From: an uncultured Chloroflexia bacterium | GTDB lineage: Bacteria; Chloroflexota; Anaerolineae; JAAEKA01 | Direction: 5' to 3' | Assembly (NCBI GenBank): GCA_963707275.1 | Contig: CAVPPH010000001.1 | Span: 1,116,625-1,180,624, forward strand | DNA length: 64,000 nt | In this document: positions 56,113 to 64,000 of the stretch, piece after piece | Position numbering within the stretch: the first letter of the stretch is position 1 | How the letters are laid out: each line of letters opens with the position of its first letter | The notes under the pieces: model-generated | Database searches by the model: none | Told to the model about the DNA's origin: nothing | Seen by the model: the letters and a program-made list of their open reading frames with translations, nothing else | Made by a program: the position numbers and the translations under genes

Positions 56113-56996
56113 ATGTTCGAAGTTGAGCACGTCGTCAAAGTGCAGAACGAGGTTGGGGAGAGCCCTCGCTGGGACCCCGACGAGCAAGCGATCTACTGGC
56201 TGGACATCTGGGACAGCCCGGCCGTCTTCCGCCTCTATCCCTCAACCGGTGAACTTACCCGCTGGACGCCCGGCCTGCCGGTGACCGGCCAGGCGCGACG
56301 CGAGGCCGGTGGCTTTGTGTTCGCGACCCGCCAGGGCCTCTATCTCTGGGACGAGCAGAGCGGCAAGAGTGAATTCATCCACGACCCCGAAGCCGGCAAT
56401 CGTCCCGTCCGCTTCAACGACGGTTCGGCCGACAGGTCTGGTCGTTTCTGGGCCGGATCCACCTACGCCGACGACCAGTTCCGGCCCGAAGGGTCGCTCT
56501 ACAGGATGCAGCCAGATCGCGGCGTCCAGCGGATGGCAGGCGGGCTGGCCTGCTCCAACGGCCTCGGCTGGAGCCCGGACAACAAGACGATGTACGTCAC
56601 CGCCCAGTTCGCCTACGAGCTGCTGGCCTTCGACTTCGACCTGGACAGCGGGGAGATCGCCAACCGGCGCATCATTCGCCAAGGTGCCGGAAGCTGACGG
56701 CCTGCCCGACGGGTTGACCGTGGACGCCGAAGGGTGCGTCTGGAGCGCGCAGTGGGGCGGCTGGCGGCTGACGCGCTACGACCCGGACGGCAAGATCGAA
56801 CGCGTGATCAAGCTGCCCGGTGCCTAACCCGACAAGCTGCGTCTTCGGCGGGCCTGACCTGAAAGACCTGTACGTCACCACCGCCTGGCTGGGTCTCAGC
56901 GACGAAGAGCGGCGGACAGCGCCAGGATCAGGCGATCTGTATGTGATTCACACCGACATCCAGGGGATTGGTGGAGCCGAAGTTCACGGGGTAAAG
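56113..56996 (+). CDS. SMP-30/gluconolactonase/LRE-family lactonase (2 frame breaks, about 56690 and about 56825)
   Basis: GESPRWDPDEQAIYWLDI, RFNDGSADRSGRFWAGS, SNGLGWSPD, PDGLTVDAEGCVWSA and CVFGGPDLKDLYVTTA. Confidence 0.8.
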
Positions 56997-57010
56997 TGAC
57001 GCGACCAACC

Positions 57011-58152
57011 TCAGATCGCCAGTAAGCTCAGAAACTCATTGAACAGCCCGTGCGAATCGTGCGGGCCAGGCGCGGCCTCGGGGTGATACTGGACGCTGAA
57101 GACGGGGTGACGCATGCAGTCGCATCCCCTCCAGCGAGCCGTCGTTCAGGCTGAGATGGGTGATCTCGACTGCGTCGCGATCCAGACTGTCGATGTCAAC
57201 CTGGTAGTTGTGGTTCTGCGCAGTGATCGCTACCTGCCCCGTTCGGAGGTCCTGCACCGGATGATTGCCGCCGTGGTGGCCGAACTTCAGCCGGCTGGTT
57301 GACCCGCCCAGCGCGCGCCCGATGAGTTGGTGTCCCAGACAGATGCCGAATATGCGGCACGTCGGCCTGGATCAACTCGCCGACCGCCTCGACGGCGTAG
57401 GGCAGACCGGCCGGATCGCCGGGGCCGTTGGAGAGCATCACGCCGGCGGGTGCATGGCCATCACATCGGCTGGCGGGCGTATCAGCCGGCACGACCGTGA
57501 CGTGTAGCCCCATCGCCGCCAGGTGGCGCATGATGTTGCGCTTGGCGCCGAAGTCGTAGAGGACAACATGCGGCACGTCCAGACCCGTGACGTTTTCGGA
57601 ACCCGCGACGGTCTTGTTCACCACCCAGTGGTCCACGGCATCGCCCATCCAGTGATAGGGCTCGACGCAGGTAACTTCCCGCACCATGTCGCGGCCATCC
57701 AGCCCAGCCCAGGCACGCGCCATCTCCAGCAGACGTTGCGGGTCCGTGCCGCTGGTCGAAAGCGCGGCCTTCATGGTTCCTGCGTCGCGCAGCTTGCGCG
57801 TCAGGTATCGAGTATCCACGCCGGTGATGCCAGGAACGCCGTACGATGCCAACCAGTCAGACAACGTCGCACTGGCGCGCCAATTCGACACGCCGGGGCT
57901 GAGTGAGCGCACCACCAACGCAGCCACCTGCGGCCCCGCCAACTCGTAGTCTTCGGGGTTGATGCCAACGTTGCCGATGTGCGACGCGGTGAACAGAACC
58001 GCCTGTCCGCGGTACGACGGGTCGGTCAGGATCTCCTGATAGCCAGTCATGCTGGTGTTGAAGACCAGCTCGAAGACGGTATCTGAGGCCGCGCCGAAAG
58101 GCAGGCCGGTCAGGGTTGTCCCGTCTTCCAGAATGAGCGTAGCGTGTTGCAC
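57011..58152 (-). CDS. carA: carbamoyl-phosphate synthase small (glutaminase) subunit (at least 2 frame breaks)
   Basis: [33 protein letters not shown]..., [20 protein letters not shown], and the tail [22 protein letters not shown]. The GTG start at 58152 is inferred. Confidence 0.85.
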
Positions 58153-58202
58153 GGCAGTCAGATGTGATCTTCCATTCTCTGAGTGGTCTCCAATCAAATT
58201 GT

Positions 58203-61003
<2,801 letters not shown>

Positions 61004-61155
61004 GGCTGTGCTCCCTTCAATAACAAGACGTTGTGTAATTACTCAGCCCAAGGTGCCAGGTACTTCATGCTCCACCGTGGTGAGGCCATCATCGTTGCAA
61101 GGATACTTTCGGGCTCCAGCCCAAGTGCCAGGCGCCTGAGCCGTATCGAGGTTGT

Positions 61156-62562
61156 CTACGGTAGCCACGCGGCGCGGGTGATGCGACACTCCGGACAGGT
61201 CAGCGCCAGCCCCTGGATTGCGCCGCTTTCGACATCGACTGCCAACATGGTTTGCTCTTGCACCATCAGCAGATAGCGCTGCGCGGCGTCGCCGGTCACC
61301 GGCGCCCATGCAATTCCGTCCATGCGATCATACGCGCCCGGCAGGTCGGTCCATTCGCGGCTCTCCACCGGACTAACCTGCACGACAACCCGGCCGTCAG
61401 AAGGGACCACACGTGCGTCCAGCACACCGTCGGGCGACTTGACAATGCCCAGCAGCCCCTCGTCGTCGGCCAGCCACAACTGTGTGGCCTTGCGCGAGCG
61501 CACCGGATGGCTCATGAGCGCGTACGTGTCCGGCGCGTCCGGCACACCGCGGACATAACGCAGCACATCGGCCGACTGCCACTGCGGCGACCAGGCGGCG
61601 ATTCTGTTGGCTGCTGCCACGCCCAGGTTGCGCTGGTAGACCTCGCTGAAATTAGCGATCTCGCCACTGCGCAGGAAGACCACAAATACGTCCTTGCGAT
61701 CCCCCTGGCTGGGCGGAGTCACCGGCGGCTGGTAGGCGTCGAAAGCGATCTTCTCGCTGTCGGGCGACCAGACGGCATGCTGCACGCTGGCCATCTGCGC
61801 AATGACCTGCACCTTGTCGCGGTCGCCGGTCCAGAGCGCCAGTGCGCTGGCATCGTCCACCGGGTAGACCAGCGCCAGCGTCTCGCCGTCGGGCGACCAC
61901 GCCAGCTCGGCCACACCGGACACAGCAATGCTGGCCCGCAATGCCGGACTGCTGAGATCGTACATATCCAGCCTGTCACTCTGCGCTACTGCCAGCGATC
62001 TGCCACCTGGCGCAAGAGCCAGCATCAGCGGCGTCTCGGCCGCGCCTGCAAGGGTGGGCGACACCAAATCGGCCGCGGCAAGCTGGTCCAGCAGCGCCGT
62101 CGTCTGGCTGATCGGATTGGCGGCCAACAGGTAGCCATCGGAAGTTACTAGCGCACAAGTGCCCATCCGCGCAGTGCTGCACTGCCAGTCGCCCGGCGCG
62201 ACAGAATCGGCTATCGAGGTCAGCTCGCCGCCGCTGTCCAGCAGCCAAAGCTGCTCAGCCGGGCCATCGCCGCGTGTCACGCCAAACACCACCCGACCAA
62301 CCGGCGCCCTGCCGGCCGCGCTGGCAGCCAGTGGCGTCGCCGTCGGCAGCGGAGTCGCAGTTGGCGTAGATGTCACAGTCGGGGTTGCCGTCGGTGTGCT
62401 GGCAGGCAAAGGTGTCGGCGTGTCGGTGGCAAAGAGCGCGAAGCCGCCCGGCGCCTCGCTCGCCGACACCACCGGGCCGGTAGCCGGTTGCGACTGGCAG
62501 CCAGCAACACTGAAACCCAGTGCTGCGGCGATCAGGAGCATAACCAATCGCGCTCGTCTCAT
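61156..62562 (-). CDS. lipoprotein with TolB/PD40-like beta-propeller, unknown function
   Basis: Intact 468-aa ORF with the lipobox LGFSVAGC and a Thr/Pro-rich linker, followed by repeated ...WSPDG/WSPDS... blades. The start overlaps the hisE stop (ATGA). Confidence 0.55.
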   Translation of the reverse strand: MRRARLVMLLIAAALGFSVAGCQSQPATGPVVSASEAPGGFALFATDTPTPLPASTPTATPTVTSTPTATPLPTATPLAASAAGRAPVGRVVFGVTRGDGPAEQLWLLDSGGELTSIADSVAPGDWQCSTARMGTCALVTSDGYLLAANPISQTTALLDQLAAADLVSPTLAGAAETPLMLALAPGGRSLAVAQSDRLDMYDLSSPALRASIAVSGVAELAWSPDGETLALVYPVDDASALALWTGDRDKVQVIAQMASVQHAVWSPDSEKIAFDAYQPPVTPPSQGDRKDVFVVFLRSGEIANFSEVYQRNLGVAAANRIAAWSPQWQSADVLRYVRGVPDAPDTYALMSHPVRSRKATQLWLADDEGLLGIVKSPDGVLDARVVPSDGRVVVQVSPVESREWTDLPGAYDRMDGIAWAPVTGDAAQRYLLMVQEQTMLAVDVESGAIQGLALTCPECRITRAAWLP

Positions 62563-62840
62563 TTGAAGCGGCGGGCCAGTTCCGCCTCCAGATCGCTGAA
62601 CTGCATGTCGCGCGCCGCCAGCAGCACGAGATTGTGGTAGAACAAGTCGGCCATCTCATACAGCAGCCGCTCGTCACCTTCACTGGCGGCCGCCAGAATC
62701 ACCTCGACCAACTCCTCTCCGATCTTCTTCATGATCTCAAGCTGGCCGGTATCCAGCAGTTGCACCGTGTAGGAGCCGGCGGGCCGCTCGACCTTGCGCT
62801 GCTCGATAATCGTCCACAGGCTGCTCAATGCGTCACTCAT
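62559..62840 (-). CDS. hisE: phosphoribosyl-ATP pyrophosphatase
   Basis: Intact 93-aa ORF. SYTVQLLDTG...KKIGEELVEVILAA...EMADLFYHNLVLL. Confidence 0.85.
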   Translation of the reverse strand: MSDALSSLWTIIEQRKVERPAGSYTVQLLDTGQLEIMKKIGEELVEVILAAASEGDERLLYEMADLFYHNLVLLAARDMQFSDLEAELARRFK

Positions 62841-62845
62841 AGTGG

Positions 62846-63256
62846 TCAGTTGTCCTCCCCTTCAGCGGCTTCGGGCGACCACTGAAACAGCGGCTCGCCG
62901 GCCCGCCGCGAGCTGTCCGGATCGATCACGTCGTCGAAGGTCAGCGGGTTGAAGAAGCAGCTCGTGCTGCCGGTGTGGCAGGCCGGACCTCTGGGCACAA
63001 CCCGCAGCAGCAGCGCGTCGCTGTCACAGTCGTAGCTCGCCGCGGACAACAGCATCGTATTGCCAGAAGTCGCACCCTTGTGCCACAGCTCGCCGCGGCT
63101 GCGGCTCCAGAAATGCACCTCGCCGGTCAGAAAGGTCTGGCGCAGCGCCGCTTCGTTGACCCAGCCCAGCATCAGCACCTGGCCGGTCTCGCTGTCCTGC
63201 ACGATAGCCGGCAGCAATCCCTGGTCGTTCCAGTTGAGTTCGTCGATGATTGTCAT
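62846..63256 (-). CDS. hisI: phosphoribosyl-AMP cyclohydrolase
   Basis: Intact 136-aa [28 protein letters not shown]...[22 protein letters not shown]...DCD.DALL..V...[10 protein letters not shown]. Confidence 0.88.
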   Translation of the reverse strand: MTIIDELNWNDQGLLPAIVQDSETGQVLMLGWVNEAALRQTFLTGEVHFWSRSRGELWHKGATSGNTMLLSAASYDCDSDALLLRVVPRGPACHTGSTSCFFNPLTFDDVIDPDSSRRAGEPLFQWSPEAAEGEDN

Positions 63257-64000
63257 GTTGCCTCCTGAGTGACCAGCCCCGGCGCACGCACCGGAATGCC
63301 GCGCCCGGCCAAATACGTCTTCAACTCGCCGATGCCAAGCTGACGAAAATGGAAAAGCGAGGCCGCCAGCACCGCGTCGGCCCGGCCCGCGGTCAATGCC
63401 TGGTAGAAATGCTCAGGCGTGCCTGCGCCGCCCGATGCGATGACCGGCGCAGGGACAGCGTCGGCGACGGCGCGCGTCAGCTCGACATCGTAGCCGGCCT
63501 GCGTGCCGTCGGCGTCCATGCTGGTCAGCAGCATCTCGCCCGCGCCGAGATCGACCACGCGCCGCGCCCAGTCCAGCGCATCCAGCCCGGTGGGGATACG
63601 CCCGCCGTTGACGAAAACCTCCCAGCCGCCGGCCGACCGGCGACGGGCGTCTATGGCGACGACGATACACTGGCTGCCGAACTCCTGCGCGCCTCGCGCT
63701 ATCAACTGCGGATCGCGCACCGCGGCCGAGTTGACGCTGGTCTTGTCAGCGCCAGCGAGCAGCAACGCCGCGCATATCTTCCACGCTGCGCACGCCGCCG
63801 CCGACGGTGAAGGGGATGAAGACGCTGTCCGCCACCGCGCGCACCATGTCGAGCACGATGTCACGCCGTTCGTGGCTGGCCGTTATGTCGAGAAACACCA
63901 GCTCGTCAGCTCCCTCGGCGTCGTAGACCTGCGCCTGCTCGACCGGATCGCCGGCGTCGCGCAGGTTGACGAAGCTGACACCCTTGACGACACGCCCATC
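63253..64000 (-). CDS. hisF: imidazole glycerol phosphate synthase cyclase subunit (partial, runs off window; frame break about 63780)
   Basis: ...[19 protein letters not shown]...[14 protein letters not shown]...[16 protein letters not shown]....[19 protein letters not shown]...IASGGAG...H.... The upstream part [16 protein letters not shown]...[11 protein letters not shown] is in another frame. Confidence 0.88.

Noticed and set aside
61044-61132. TGGCAC-containing repeats upstream of purA, considered as sigma-54 (-24/-12) promoters
   Set aside because: On the purA strand, the GC of the would-be -12 element lies two positions too close to the GG, and TTGC is absent. The spacing does not fit TGGCAC-N5-TTGC.

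Overview
This is a GC-rich bacterial chromosomal segment. The taxonomic guess of a Chloroflexota-like organism rests only on gene content and repeat style. Most of the window is core metabolism and maintenance:
- an envelope glycan module (O-antigen-ligase-like, GtrA, GT4)
- a DsbA-VKOR disulfide pair
- mtnP and a CysQ-like phosphatase
- ssrA (tmRNA) next to smpB
- two S41 tail-specific peptidases
- a roughly 1200-aa secreted reprolysin-like metalloprotease
- hflX, an aminotransferase, an M28 peptidase and der
- a 4-gene operon of unknown role
- a 19-repeat FG-GAP/VCBS surface protein
- purH, carB, carA, purB, purA and hisF-hisI-hisE

The main accessory region is 38.9-57.0 kb. It is a 15-gene plus-strand cluster combining a complete UlaD/UlaE/AraD/LyxK-type L-gulonate/ascorbate-like pathway with an ABC importer. 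It also carries an SDR, a lactonase, a SorC regulator, a second FucK-like kinase, a URO-D-family protein and a fused E1alpha/beta plus E2 2-oxoacid/acetoin-dehydrogenase-like module.

Two caveats dominate interpretation. First, by hand stitching, roughly 50 reading-frame breaks interrupt otherwise well conserved, mostly essential genes. This looks like uncorrected indel error rather than biology, so many ends and internal coordinates are approximate. Second, the high GC content creates long spurious antisense ORFs.

The non-genic signals I find most worth following are:
- a nested palindromic element inserted in-frame inside carB
- several small dispersed intergenic repeat families
- two unusually long perfect hairpins
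- a 10-bp-phased TGTGAATA operator array in front of the sugar-acid cluster
- a 0.9-kb AT-richer non-coding island

I found no CRISPR array, transposase, integrase, toxin-antitoxin pair or recognisable defence system.
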